Origin: Gammaproteobacteria bacterium
GTDB lineage: Bacteria > Pseudomonadota > Gammaproteobacteria > Eutrophobiales > Eutrophobiaceae
Reading direction: 5' to 3'
NCBI GenBank assembly: GCA_041984885.1
Contig: JBHIXH010000006.1
Location: 4,968 to 68,967 of the forward strand
Length of the DNA: 64,000 nt
The translations under genes and the position numbers were made by a program. Within the stretch, counting starts at the first letter, position 1. The number at the start of each line of letters is the position of its first letter. Shown in pieces: positions 45,923-55,171 of this stretch. Below the pieces are notes generated by a model. That model was not told where the DNA came from. It saw only the letters and a program-made list of their open reading frames with translations, and ran no database searches.

Positions 45923-47380
45923 ATGAAAAACTGGATGCGCGCGCTTGCGGATCACTATGAAAAGATTCGCGAAAAATACCCGAACGATAACCTGGTTATT
46001 TTGTTCGACATTGACGGGACCATTCTGGATACCCGCTATACCGTCCTGAAGTTACTCCGCTCCTACGACAGGCAACACAATACGCAGTATTTTGATCAAC
46101 TGCATATTACCGATATTAATTTTAACGAAGAGGATCTGCGCCAAGAACTGGCAATGCTTGATTTAAGTGGCGATGAACTGGACGATGTTTGTCGCTGGTA
46201 CCAGGAAAACCGTTGGGCCAGTTGGGCCGTGTTCGAGGGCAACAAGCCATTTCCCGGCGTACTTGAAGTCATTCGCTGGTTTCAGCTGCAACCGAACACG
46301 GATGTCGGCCTGAATACCAACCGCGGCGAACAACTGCGCGAACACACCCTGGAAACCCTGAATAAACTCGGTATGGAATTCCGTATAGACATCAGGGATG
46401 AGCTGTTGTTAATGAACCAGGACCCGGCCACTATCAGTAGTGGTGAGGCAAAGATCAATGGAATTCGCCAGGTCCATGCCAATGGTCAGCGGGTCTTTGC
46501 AATGGTGGATAATGAACCACGCAACCTGGAGGTCATCTCGGCCGAAAATGATCTCGACGAGGTGTTGCTGTTACATGCGAACAGTTTTTACACTTTTGAT
46601 CGCAGTCGTATCAACGACAAACTGGTCAACGGCAAGATATACGATCTGACCGAGTTGATACCGAAACGGGCAATTCCACAACATATCCAGTTCGTCTGGC
46701 AAAGTGTCAATAATGAAGCCAGCCTGAATAAATTCCTTGGCTCCAATGTGAGCTGGGCAGATTTATCCGATTTGATTCAACCGGTGATTCAACAACGGCA
46801 GATATTACTGGATAAAGCCGGCCGGGATGTGCGCTCTACAAATCTTGAATCAATGTTTGAGCAATACATTAATCTCATGAAGCATAAACAGAGAGGCATC
46901 CGTTTATGTTTTGCAAACGACTTTGAAGAAATCGAGTTTATTATCGACATGCTGGTACACGCCGGGGTTGATGATAAACAATTGTGGTTCAGCGCCAGTC
47001 TCGATCAACTAACTGAAAACGGTTTTCGTTTCCTGTCGGACAGCTTCCCGAATGCCGTCATCGAATGTCCAATTGATTTTCTCGGCCAGGTGATTACGAC
47101 CACGCCAACCACCGCAGAACATTTACTCGATATGTACTCGGACTGGGGTATCAATCGATTCGCCATGAGTTGGCGTACCAGCAATATCAAGTCGTTATCT
47201 GCGATTATCGAGGGTTGGGGTTTTGAGCTGACGATAAACGACATTCGTAACCTGGAAACCTTCCTGCAGGCGGCGTTGCTGACACCGAAAGCGATCGTAT
47301 CGAATTTTAATTTTCCTGCCTGGAAGTCAATCAATGAACCGGCTTACGAACGCACGAGCGAGCGAAAACTTGTAAATTAA
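45923..47380 (+). CDS. HAD-superfamily hydrolase-like N-domain fused to ~250-aa domain of unknown function
   Basis: HAD motif I (ILFDIDGTILDTRY), motif II (GLNTNRGE) and a motif III/IV region (MVDNEPRN). No match recognised for the C-terminal half. Confidence 0.6.
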   Translation: MKNWMRALADHYEKIREKYPNDNLVILFDIDGTILDTRYTVLKLLRSYDRQHNTQYFDQLHITDINFNEEDLRQELAMLDLSGDELDDVCRWYQENRWASWAVFEGNKPFPGVLEVIRWFQLQPNTDVGLNTNRGEQLREHTLETLNKLGMEFRIDIRDELLLMNQDPATISSGEAKINGIRQVHANGQRVFAMVDNEPRNLEVISAENDLDEVLLLHANSFYTFDRSRINDKLVNGKIYDLTELIPKRAIPQHIQFVWQSVNNEASLNKFLGSNVSWADLSDLIQPVIQQRQILLDKAGRDVRSTNLESMFEQYINLMKHKQRGIRLCFANDFEEIEFIIDMLVHAGVDDKQLWFSASLDQLTENGFRFLSDSFPNAVIECPIDFLGQVITTTPTTAEHLLDMYSDWGINRFAMSWRTSNIKSLSAIIEGWGFELTINDIRNLETFLQAALLTPKAIVSNFNFPAWKSINEPAYERTSERKLVN

Positions 47381-47396
47381 TCAGCCTCCCCCTCTG

Positions 47397-47430
47397 GAAA
47401 AAGCCCGGTTTTTATACCGGGCTTTTTTGT
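47397..47430 (+). terminator. Rho-independent terminator
   Basis: aaaagcccggt / accgggctttttt hairpin followed by a T-run. Confidence 0.75.
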
Positions 47431-47479
47431 TTTATAGTGCTTAAAACCATGAACCAGACAAATCTTGAAGGAGGGCATC

Positions 47480-47845
47480 ATGCCATTAGTCAATATCTAT
47501 TTACTCAAAGGCAAGTCAAAAGAATATATAAAAGCGGTCAGTGATGGCATTAATTCTGCGGTTATCGAGACGATGGATTTTCCTGATGATGATCGTTACC
47601 AGATTGTGCATGAAGTCGAACCGCACTGTTTGCAATACCAGGATCGGGATGCGGATCGTGTCATGATGCACCTGACGATGCGTGCCGGGCGAGCGAACAA
47701 GGCGAAACAGGCGTTTTATGCGAAGGCCGTTGAAAACCTGCAAAAAGACCCCGGCATTGACCCCGGCAACGTGTTAATCACGATAGTGGAAAACCACGAT
47801 ATAGACTGGTCGTTCAAGGATGGTGTCGCCTCGTTTGTAGTCTAG
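47480..47845 (+). CDS. Tautomerase-superfamily protein (Pro1 after initiator Met)
   Basis: AGGAGG RBS 6 nt upstream of the ATG. MPLVNIYLLKG N-terminus typical of 4-OT/tautomerase enzymes. Confidence 0.7.
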   Translation: MPLVNIYLLKGKSKEYIKAVSDGINSAVIETMDFPDDDRYQIVHEVEPHCLQYQDRDADRVMMHLTMRAGRANKAKQAFYAKAVENLQKDPGIDPGNVLITIVENHDIDWSFKDGVASFVV

Positions 47846-47862
47846 TTGTTAATAACAAATAG

Positions 47863-49473
47863 CTATAAATCAGGCGAGACCGGCGCGGTAAATTGGTTAT
47901 CGGATTCATCGCTGTTTAATGCCTTTTGCAGATTAACGATGATGAAAATTATCAGCAGCGCAAACGGTAAACCGACGGATATGGCGGCGGTCTGTAATGC
48001 AGTCAGGCCGCCGGCGATTAACAGGATGGCAGCTACCAGTCCTTCTGTTATTGACCAGAAGACGCGTTGAACGACAGGCGGGTTGGCATGGCCGCCGGCC
48101 GTGATCATATCGATAACGAGTGAACCGGAATCTGACGACGTGACAAAAAAACTGATGATGACAACGGTCGCAAACGCACCGGCAGTCTTGAGCAGGATAT
48201 CGGGGAAGTTTTCATAACCGACCACGACCGGCAGCTTTTCAAAGAAAACGAACAGGGAACTCGCGACATTTTTTTGCACCGCGCCGACAAGTTCACCAGC
48301 CTGGTTGATCTCAACAAATAATGCGGCGTTACCGAACACGGATAACCAGATAAAGGTCATCAATGTGGCCACGACCAGAACTGCAAAAATAAATTCACGT
48401 ATCGTCCGGCCATAGGAAATACGTGCGACAAACATGCCGACGAACGGTGACCAGGCTATCCACCAGCCCCAGTAAAATACGGTCCAGCCGTTTTGCCAGT
48501 CACCACCGGTGTAGGTTTCATTCCAGAACGCGAGGTAAAAGAATCGATCCAGGTACAGGCCAAGGTTCTCGACAAAGCCATTCAGGATGAACAGCGACGG
48601 CCCGATAATAAATACAAACAGCAACAATAAAATGGCAACGAAAATATTGAACCTGGATAAATTCTGAATGCCACGATCAAGGCCGAGCACTACGGAAAGA
48701 GTCGCAACCGCGGTAATGCCGGTTATCAATAATATTTGTGTCAATGAACTGACCGGTATGCCAAACAGGTGGTCGAGACCGGCATTGATTTGACTGACGC
48801 CAAGACCGAGGGAGGTAGCGACGCCAAACAAGGTTGCCACTGTTGCGATCACATCGATTGCATGACCGTAGAAACCATAAATACGATCACCGAGAACGGG
48901 CTGAAAAATACTACGAATACTGAATGCCTGTTTTCGATTATAGGCAAAGTAGGCGATGGCCAGGCCGGTCAGGGCATAGATCCCCCATGCATGCAGCCCC
49001 CAGTGTAAAAACGTCGTGCTTATTGCATCTTCATACGCTCTCACACTGTAGGGGTTCGCCCCGTGTGGTGGTGTGATCAGGTGGAACACCGGTTCGGCCA
49101 CGGAATAAAACATGAGACCGATGCCCATACCGGCAGAGAACAACATGGCAAACCAGCCAAACCGGGAAAATTGCGGGTTTGCCTGCTTGCCGCCCAGGCG
49201 TATGTTTCCCGCAGGAGAAAATACAAGATAGATCAGGTAGGCCAGAATCAGATTTACGCACAAGACGAAAAACCAGCCGGTCTGGTTCGCTATCCAGGCC
49301 TGGATGGCGTTGATAGATTCAGCCACTGCTGTCAACGATATCAGGCAAACGACCACCAGCAAGGTGATCAGGACGACAGAAGAGAAAAATACAGGCGGAT
49401 TATAACTTAACCAGACGCGATCATGACGATCGCGGTATTCCTGGATTTTCAGTTTTTGATCCGCATCATTCAC
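47863..49473 (-). CDS. BCCT-family betaine/choline/carnitine transporter
   Basis: 536 aa with 12 transmembrane helices and a BCCT Trp-rich signature region (WTVFYWGWWIAWSPFVGMFVARIS). Confidence 0.85.
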   Translation of the reverse strand: MNDADQKLKIQEYRDRHDRVWLSYNPPVFFSSVVLITLLVVVCLISLTAVAESINAIQAWIANQTGWFFVLCVNLILAYLIYLVFSPAGNIRLGGKQANPQFSRFGWFAMLFSAGMGIGLMFYSVAEPVFHLITPPHGANPYSVRAYEDAISTTFLHWGLHAWGIYALTGLAIAYFAYNRKQAFSIRSIFQPVLGDRIYGFYGHAIDVIATVATLFGVATSLGLGVSQINAGLDHLFGIPVSSLTQILLITGITAVATLSVVLGLDRGIQNLSRFNIFVAILLLLFVFIIGPSLFILNGFVENLGLYLDRFFYLAFWNETYTGGDWQNGWTVFYWGWWIAWSPFVGMFVARISYGRTIREFIFAVLVVATLMTFIWLSVFGNAALFVEINQAGELVGAVQKNVASSLFVFFEKLPVVVGYENFPDILLKTAGAFATVVIISFFVTSSDSGSLVIDMITAGGHANPPVVQRVFWSITEGLVAAILLIAGGLTALQTAAISVGLPFALLIIFIIVNLQKALNSDESDNQFTAPVSPDL

Positions 49474-49490
49474 GGAAAAGCCCGGTTTTA

Positions 49491-50330
49491 TCAGTCAGGT
49501 TTTTGATAGTGCATGATACCCCATGCAAGGTAAGAGTTTTTTCCGGCTTCTATCCAGTGCTCAAGACCCTGGATCATGCGCGTGATGTAATCCGGCGAGA
49601 CAAACTGTTCCAGTTCTTCACGACGTGACAGTAACTCCTGCCGTACCCTGCCATAATGCGCGATCAACTGGTGTGTCATCTCGACCTGGCGCAGTTTTTT
49701 CCAGTTCAGTTTTTCTGCTATCGCCAGATAAAACTCAAAAGAACCGAGCGTATCGAGATGAATGCGATCAAGCACTGGTTGTAACACACCGTCCGGACAC
49801 GTATCCGATTGCATCGGGTCAGTAAAGATAAATTCACCACCCGGTTTTAAAACCCGATCAACCTCGTTTAATACCTTTTCGCGCTGACCGGAATGTAATA
49901 TTGCATCCTGTGACCAGGCAACATCAAAAGTGGAATCAGCAATGGACAGATCCTCAAAGCTGCCATCGATCACTTCGATCCTGTTACTGATGCCGAGTTT
50001 TTCATTGATGTCACGGTTGCGTGCATTCTGTGCCTCGCTCAGGTTGACACAGGTGACATTGCAGCCAAACTTATGATGTAGCCAGCGTGCTGCACCACCA
50101 TAACCGGCACCCAGATCAATGACGTTCGAGCCTGGCTGTATGCTTGTCAGCATCCCCGCCATTTTCGCCACGGTACGTTCGGATGCCGCGGCAATGGTGT
50201 CCGTTTCGTCTTCATACAGGCCGATATGTATATCTTCGCCGCCCCAGATGTGGAAGTAGAAATTGTCCGCATCATCGCTGTTGTAATACTCTTGCGCGGT
50301 TTTAACGACTTCTGAATAGTTTGCGTTCAT
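49491..50330 (-). CDS. Sarcosine/dimethylglycine N-methyltransferase (SDMT)
   Basis: Collinear with Halorhodospira halochloris SDMT (YYNSDDADNFYFHIWGGEDIHIGLY...DLGAGYGGAAR...GGEFIFTDPMQ). Confidence 0.85.
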   Translation of the reverse strand: MNANYSEVVKTAQEYYNSDDADNFYFHIWGGEDIHIGLYEDETDTIAAASERTVAKMAGMLTSIQPGSNVIDLGAGYGGAARWLHHKFGCNVTCVNLSEAQNARNRDINEKLGISNRIEVIDGSFEDLSIADSTFDVAWSQDAILHSGQREKVLNEVDRVLKPGGEFIFTDPMQSDTCPDGVLQPVLDRIHLDTLGSFEFYLAIAEKLNWKKLRQVEMTHQLIAHYGRVRQELLSRREELEQFVSPDYITRMIQGLEHWIEAGKNSYLAWGIMHYQKPD

Positions 50331-51139
50331 TAGTCTGTTTGAACATAACTTTTGGATGCCACGTGAATAAAGAAATCAGGCTCCTGGTTTTTAAACGTCT
50401 CCTGAAAATCGCCGTATGTTGTCACCTCCTGAAAGCCGACCTCTTTCATCAGCTTTTGCGTGTATTGCTTGCGCAGAGGAAACATGTTCAGGTGAAACGT
50501 TGCGCCGTCCTTGAATACGTATCGGAACCGCGCCAGGGTTGTATCCATGTGTTCCGGTGTTGCCGTGATCTCTTCGCCACAATAATAATAATTGTGGCCG
50601 GCCTCAATTTTGCCATCCATCAATGCATCGTAGTTTCGTTGATCGAGGATGAGGATACCGTCATGCCGCAGAGTGGCATAATACTCTGCCAGCGTTTTAC
50701 GGCGATCATTTTCATCATGTAAATGTGTAAACGAATTACCGAGGCAGATCACTGCATCGTAAAGATCATGCACGCTTTTGTTTAACCAGCGCCAGTCCGC
50801 ATGTACGGTTCTGAGTATATGTCCACGTTTACGCGCGTTTTCGAATGCCTTTGCCAACATGGCCGGGCTGCCATCGGCACTGGTAACTTCAAAACCGGCT
50901 TCCATCAGTTGTACCGAGTGGTAGCCGGTACCGGTTGCCACGTCGAGGACTTTTTTTGCCCCGTGCTCCTTTAGTATGTCGATAAAAAAGCTGCCTTCGC
51001 TATCGGCACGCCCGTCCCAGTCGATCAGTTCGTCCCATTTATTTACAAACGGGCTGATGTACTCATCGACGTACTTGTCCGAGCTTCGAACCCTGGTCGG
51101 GTTCTTGCCGTAATTCTGTTTCTTCGCTGTCTCAATCAT
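50330..51139 (-). CDS. Glycine/sarcosine N-methyltransferase (GSMT)
   Basis: Collinear with H. halochloris GSMT (DKWDELIDW...KKVLDVATGTGYHSV...SADGSPAML...TVHADWRWLNK). Confidence 0.85.
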   Translation of the reverse strand: MIETAKKQNYGKNPTRVRSSDKYVDEYISPFVNKWDELIDWDGRADSEGSFFIDILKEHGAKKVLDVATGTGYHSVQLMEAGFEVTSADGSPAMLAKAFENARKRGHILRTVHADWRWLNKSVHDLYDAVICLGNSFTHLHDENDRRKTLAEYYATLRHDGILILDQRNYDALMDGKIEAGHNYYYCGEEITATPEHMDTTLARFRYVFKDGATFHLNMFPLRKQYTQKLMKEVGFQEVTTYGDFQETFKNQEPDFFIHVASKSYVQTD

Positions 51140-51342
51140 AATATGCTCATTGCACCGGAATGCATGATGTCTGGTTAGTCAACGCTTCTCCATCCGGAAA
51201 AACGTACATTCAATTCAGTTTATTGTTTTTTTAGTCGTCCCTGCCTGAACAGGAACCTGGATAGATACTGAGCCTCAGGAGTCAGAACCTCAGCCATTGA
51301 AACGTGTTGTTACACGCAACGATGTAATCAGCATTGAAGCAA

Positions 51343-51368
51343 AGCCCACTTTGCAGGGGCTTTTTCTT
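51343..51368 (+). terminator. Orphan terminator-like hairpin in 620-bp non-coding region
   Basis: aaagccc-actttgca-gggcttt followed by ttttc. There is no + strand CDS upstream. Confidence 0.3.
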
Positions 51369-51760
51369 GTGTCTGATAATTGATGTAGTGCAGGCTGCGC
51401 TGCCTACAGATTCCTAACTATATGATAATTTTGAAATATTTTCAATGTCTAATCTCGTCACGGGCTTTAGCATTGCAGATAAGTAAATTCTCAATAATCG
51501 TGTATTTAACAGCCAGTTAGCGTATTTATGCCCTGTTTCGGGCGATCATCGTTTACACATTACCGATGTTAAACAGGCACTGCCATACCTTGCTGAACCA
51601 GGGCTTTCGGCCTTTCCGAATGCGGGGATAAACGCGCGAATGCGTCACAGGTAACTTGCTGTTGTTGCTTCATGCTTTTTTAACAGTTCAGTCAGGCGGG
51701 GCTGTATACAGGACAAGACGACCACTTTTTCTTTTCGCTTACCTGTAGCATGATCAGTCC

Positions 51761-52165
51761 ATGTGCGTTGCTATCAGATTTAAAAATTCCGAGGTGCGCT
51801 GGAACGTAACCGGTGCCGCGTTGCCGGTCATGGATAAGGAATCCGGTGAGATCGTCAGTTATCCGTGGGGGCGACGCGAATGGAACGAGCCCGGCAAGTT
51901 GTATCCGACCGGTTGGGCCCGACGCGAATCCATCGAGCAGGGCAAGTGGCAACGCTTTCATCCGCTGTCTGTTTTTATTGTTGCCGAATCGTTTATGGAG
52001 CGCGATCTCGACAAGCAACCGCACTGGGTCGATTTGCATGCGAGACAATACATCTCCGGTTTGCTTGTTGCATCCGGTGAAGAGAAGCGTGTCTATGTCA
52101 TTACCGTGCCGCCACCGGAGCCTCGTTTCAAACGTTGGCCGGAGATCGTGAATGAAGCTGGATGA
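51761..52165 (+). CDS. Short protein resembling an SOS response-associated peptidase (SRAP, YedK/HMCES family; Cys2 N-terminus); overlaps umuD start
   Basis: Starts MC... with a stop codon 15 nt upstream in frame. Contains RWNVTGAALPV (cf. the SRAP RYNVAPG..PV motif) and WGRREW / WARRESIEQ (cf. WG..P.W, NARxET). Only 134 aa, so truncated or divergent. Confidence 0.4.
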   Translation: MCVAIRFKNSEVRWNVTGAALPVMDKESGEIVSYPWGRREWNEPGKLYPTGWARRESIEQGKWQRFHPLSVFIVAESFMERDLDKQPHWVDLHARQYISGLLVASGEEKRVYVITVPPPEPRFKRWPEIVNEAG

Positions 52166-52577
52166 GTTTATTCTGCCAAAAGCGGAGTTATCCAGGCAGG
52201 AGATTCCGCTACTGGCAACGAAACTGGTCGCCGGGTTTCCCTCAGCCGCCGATGACTTTATTGATCAAAAACTCGATCTGAATGAATTCCTGATCAAGCA
52301 TCCGGCAGCGACCGTGTTTGCCTGGGCCAAGGGCGACTCGCTGATCGGTAAGGGCATATTCAATAATGATTTATTGATCATTGATCGCAGTATCGAACCA
52401 CAACATCACCAGGTCGTCGTCGCTGCGATCAATGGCGAGTTTACCTGCAAGATTCTCGACAAGAAGCAGGGCATGTTACTGGCTGCAAATGCCGAGTTCC
52501 CGCCGATCGATATCAATGGTCACGAGGATGCGTTGATCGAGGGTGTCATTATTCACTCGGTGCGAAGTCATATCTGA
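52152..52577 (+). CDS. umuD: Translesion polymerase V accessory subunit UmuD (S24 LexA-like peptidase)
   Basis: Aligns along its full length with E. coli UmuD (GFPSAADDFIDQKLDLN...GDSLIGKGIFNNDLLIID...INGEFTCK). Confidence 0.85.
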   Translation: MKLDEFILPKAELSRQEIPLLATKLVAGFPSAADDFIDQKLDLNEFLIKHPAATVFAWAKGDSLIGKGIFNNDLLIIDRSIEPQHHQVVVAAINGEFTCKILDKKQGMLLAANAEFPPIDINGHEDALIEGVIIHSVRSHI

Positions 52578-53836
52578 TGTACGCGCTCGTCGACTGCAAC
52601 AGCTTTTACGCATCGTGCGAGCAAATCTTTCGGCCTGATCTGCGTAACCAGCCTGTTGTTGTGTTGAGTAATAACGATGGTTGCATCATTGCGCGGTCAA
52701 AAGAAGCAAAGGCACTCGGTATCCCGGATCTGCATGCGTATTTCAAGGTCAAACCGTTTTTAAAAAAACATAACGTCACCGTGTTCTCGGCCAACTTCTG
52801 TTTGTACGGCGATATCAGCTGGCGGGTGATGGAGACGCTACGACAGTTCAGCCCGGCGACCGAGGTATACAGCATTGATGAGATGTTTGTTGATCTGCAT
52901 GGCAATATTGAACCGCTGGACACGCTGGGCAGAAACATCAAACAGCGTATCTGGCAACATGTACGCATGCCGGTCGGTGTCGGCATTGCACCGACGAAGA
53001 CACTGGCAAAACTGGCGAATCGTGGTGCAAAACATATCGCAAGAACGCAGGGCGTATGCGTACTGGATACAGCGGAGAAATGGCAATGGCTACAACGTCG
53101 TTTACCGGTGGAAAAGGTCTGGGGCGTAGGACAACGCTTTGCCAAACGTTTAAATCGTCTCGGTATATACACGATATTTGACCTGGCGCAGGCTTCAGCA
53201 AAGCGCGTGCGCGAACACAGCAATGTAAACCTGGAACGTACAGTAGAAGAACTGAATGGCGTGCCCTGTTATGCACTGGAAGACGCACATGCGAACAAGA
53301 AACAGATCTACGTCACGCGCTCGTTCGGAAAAAAAGCGACGACATCAGAGGAACTGAGAAACCATATCAGCCGTTATGCCAGTGCAGCCGCCGAGAAATT
53401 GCGTGCGCAAAATTGCAAGGCCAGTGTTGTTACTGTCTTTGTGCAAACCAGCCCGTTTGAAGATAACTATTATGGTAATGCGGTAACGTTACCTTTGCCG
53501 CATCCGACCGATGACAGTCGCGACCTGATCTACCAGGCAAGAAAAATGATTGCCTCGCTGTATCGACCGGGACACCGTTTCCAACGCTGCGGTTTCGGTA
53601 TTGTCGAGATGTTCGATAACACATATCGACAGTTCGATCTGTTTCATTCGGGGCAAACGCAGCAGTCAGAAATAATGATGACGACGCTGGACAGGATCAA
53701 TCGACGCTATGGGCGTGATACCGCTGTGTTTGGTGCGGAAGGACTGCGCGGCAAATGGACGATGCGACAAAACTATCTTTCGCCACGCTACACGACGAGC
53801 TGGAAAGACCTGCCGACAGTGAAGTGTATAAACTGA
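52577..53836 (+). CDS. umuC: Error-prone Y-family DNA polymerase UmuC
   Basis: MYALVDCNSFYASCE N-terminus and SNNDGCIIARS. The start overlaps the umuD stop. Confidence 0.9.
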   Translation: MYALVDCNSFYASCEQIFRPDLRNQPVVVLSNNDGCIIARSKEAKALGIPDLHAYFKVKPFLKKHNVTVFSANFCLYGDISWRVMETLRQFSPATEVYSIDEMFVDLHGNIEPLDTLGRNIKQRIWQHVRMPVGVGIAPTKTLAKLANRGAKHIARTQGVCVLDTAEKWQWLQRRLPVEKVWGVGQRFAKRLNRLGIYTIFDLAQASAKRVREHSNVNLERTVEELNGVPCYALEDAHANKKQIYVTRSFGKKATTSEELRNHISRYASAAAEKLRAQNCKASVVTVFVQTSPFEDNYYGNAVTLPLPHPTDDSRDLIYQARKMIASLYRPGHRFQRCGFGIVEMFDNTYRQFDLFHSGQTQQSEIMMTTLDRINRRYGRDTAVFGAEGLRGKWTMRQNYLSPRYTTSWKDLPTVKCIN

Positions 53837-53852
53837 TATTGCAGTAAACAGT

Positions 53853-54503
53853 ATGCAACAAATACTCGTTTATGCGGACAGTCTGTCATGGGGCATCATC
53901 CCGAAAACGAGGCAGAGATTTCCGTTTGAAAAACGCTGGCCCGGTGTAATGGAAATGCAATTACAGAAAAGCGGTCATGCCGTGCGTGTCATTGAAAACT
54001 GTCTGAATGGACGCAGAACCGTGTGGGACGATCCGTTCAAACCGGGCAGAGATGGTTCGCAGGGGCTGGCCCAGGTCATTGAAATGCATAGCCCGTTGAG
54101 TCTTGTTGTGCTGATGCTGGGCACGAATGATTTTCAATTTGTACACCATAATAATGCCTGGTCATCGGCACAGGGTATGGCAAAGCTCATCTCGATAATA
54201 AAATCAGCACCGATAGAGCCAGGTATGTCGGTGCCGGAGATGTTGATTATTGCGCCGCCAGTCGTGCAGCCAAAAGGTAATATGGTGGAAAAGTTCAGGA
54301 ATGCAGAACAAACAGCTAAAGGTCTGAACGAGGAACTGGAGAAGATAGCGAAAGAACAGGCAGTAGCGTTTTTTGATGCTGGCTCGGTAACAGCGTCAAG
54401 TCATGTCGATGGAGTTCATCTGGACGAGAACCAGCATCAATTACTCGGTGAGTCAGTATGTAGCCAGGTATTAAAATTAAATTGTCTACAGGATGCTAAA
54501 TAA
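53853..54503 (+). CDS. SGNH/GDSL-family hydrolase
   Basis: Block I YADSLSWG (GDSL-type), GTNDF block, and D-x-x-H near the C-terminus (DGVHLD). Confidence 0.7.
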   Translation: MQQILVYADSLSWGIIPKTRQRFPFEKRWPGVMEMQLQKSGHAVRVIENCLNGRRTVWDDPFKPGRDGSQGLAQVIEMHSPLSLVVLMLGTNDFQFVHHNNAWSSAQGMAKLISIIKSAPIEPGMSVPEMLIIAPPVVQPKGNMVEKFRNAEQTAKGLNEELEKIAKEQAVAFFDAGSVTASSHVDGVHLDENQHQLLGESVCSQVLKLNCLQDAK

Positions 54504-54545
54504 ATAATCTGACTCACCCGGGACTGAAACAGGGCGATGCCAATG

Positions 54546-55061
54546 CTATTTACCCAGATGCTGATAACTGAATAAAAATTCATTGCTTTGTAGCGGTGTA
54601 TGACAGGACACACAGTCAAGATCATTCTCTTTAATACCGCCCCTGGCATCATATATCGCATAACCCCAGTCGCCTGTTCTGTTATCCGCGGAGAACTGTG
54701 CATCCCAGTTGTTGCGTTTTTCCATCACTGCGATAGCCGCCAGTTTTGATTTTATAAATAACCCGTCAGCGCCAGTGACAGGATTGCCTGCCTCATCTAC
54801 CTCGGGTTTATAGACTTCCATGACCACAATGGAACCATCAGACAGCTTGCCGTTTTTAATACTTTCAATGGCGGCTTTATTCGCATAGAAATCAGCGACT
54901 TGTTTATTATTTGCACGATTTTGCGTGTGGTACTGAATAAACTGGTTTTTGTAATCTGCAGGAAATGGTACGAATTCCGGGTTGCCACCCGCGTAAGCAA
55001 ACATTGAAACTAATGCAATACAAGTAAAACCGGTTACATACTTCATCAACATGTCCTCCAC
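54546..55061 (-). CDS. Cytochrome P460 / c'-beta family protein (periplasmic, single CxxCH near C-terminus)
   Basis: Signal peptide. About 170 aa with a DCVSCH heme-binding motif 20 residues from the C-terminus. Confidence 0.6.
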   Translation of the reverse strand: MEDMLMKYVTGFTCIALVSMFAYAGGNPEFVPFPADYKNQFIQYHTQNRANNKQVADFYANKAAIESIKNGKLSDGSIVVMEVYKPEVDEAGNPVTGADGLFIKSKLAAIAVMEKRNNWDAQFSADNRTGDWGYAIYDARGGIKENDLDCVSCHTPLQSNEFLFSYQHLGK

Positions 55062-55079
55062 AGGGTGGCACTTTTAATA

Positions 55080-55102
55080 AACATGTATATAATATACATG
55101 TT
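55080..55102. promoter_or_regulatory. Perfect 11-1-11 palindrome matching NsrR (Rrf2) operator architecture
   Basis: AACATGTATAT-a-ATATACATGTT. Compare the E. coli NsrR box AAGATGCATTT-n-AAATGCATCTT. Lies between the divergent P460 and nsrR starts. Confidence 0.6.
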
Positions 55103-55171
55103 AATGGAGTGTAGTGGATGAAAGTAAAGTTGTCCAGATGTAATACGGTTGAATTCGGCAGGTAATGACGT

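Noticed and set aside
51140-51400. Glycine riboswitch upstream of the glycine methyltransferase operon.
   Set aside because: No ACCGAAGG / GGAGAG core motifs are visible in either orientation.
51703-51712. CTGTATACAG as a LexA box upstream of the SRAP-like/umuDC genes. The nearby ACAG-N8-CTGT at 51648-51663 was also considered.
   Set aside because: It does not fit the gammaproteobacterial CTGT-N8-ACAG spacing, and the second element has reversed half-sites. I cannot call an SOS box with confidence.
51692-52048. 118-aa minus-strand ORF.
   Set aside because: It is antisense to the SRAP-like gene and the umuD upstream region, with no RBS. Spurious.
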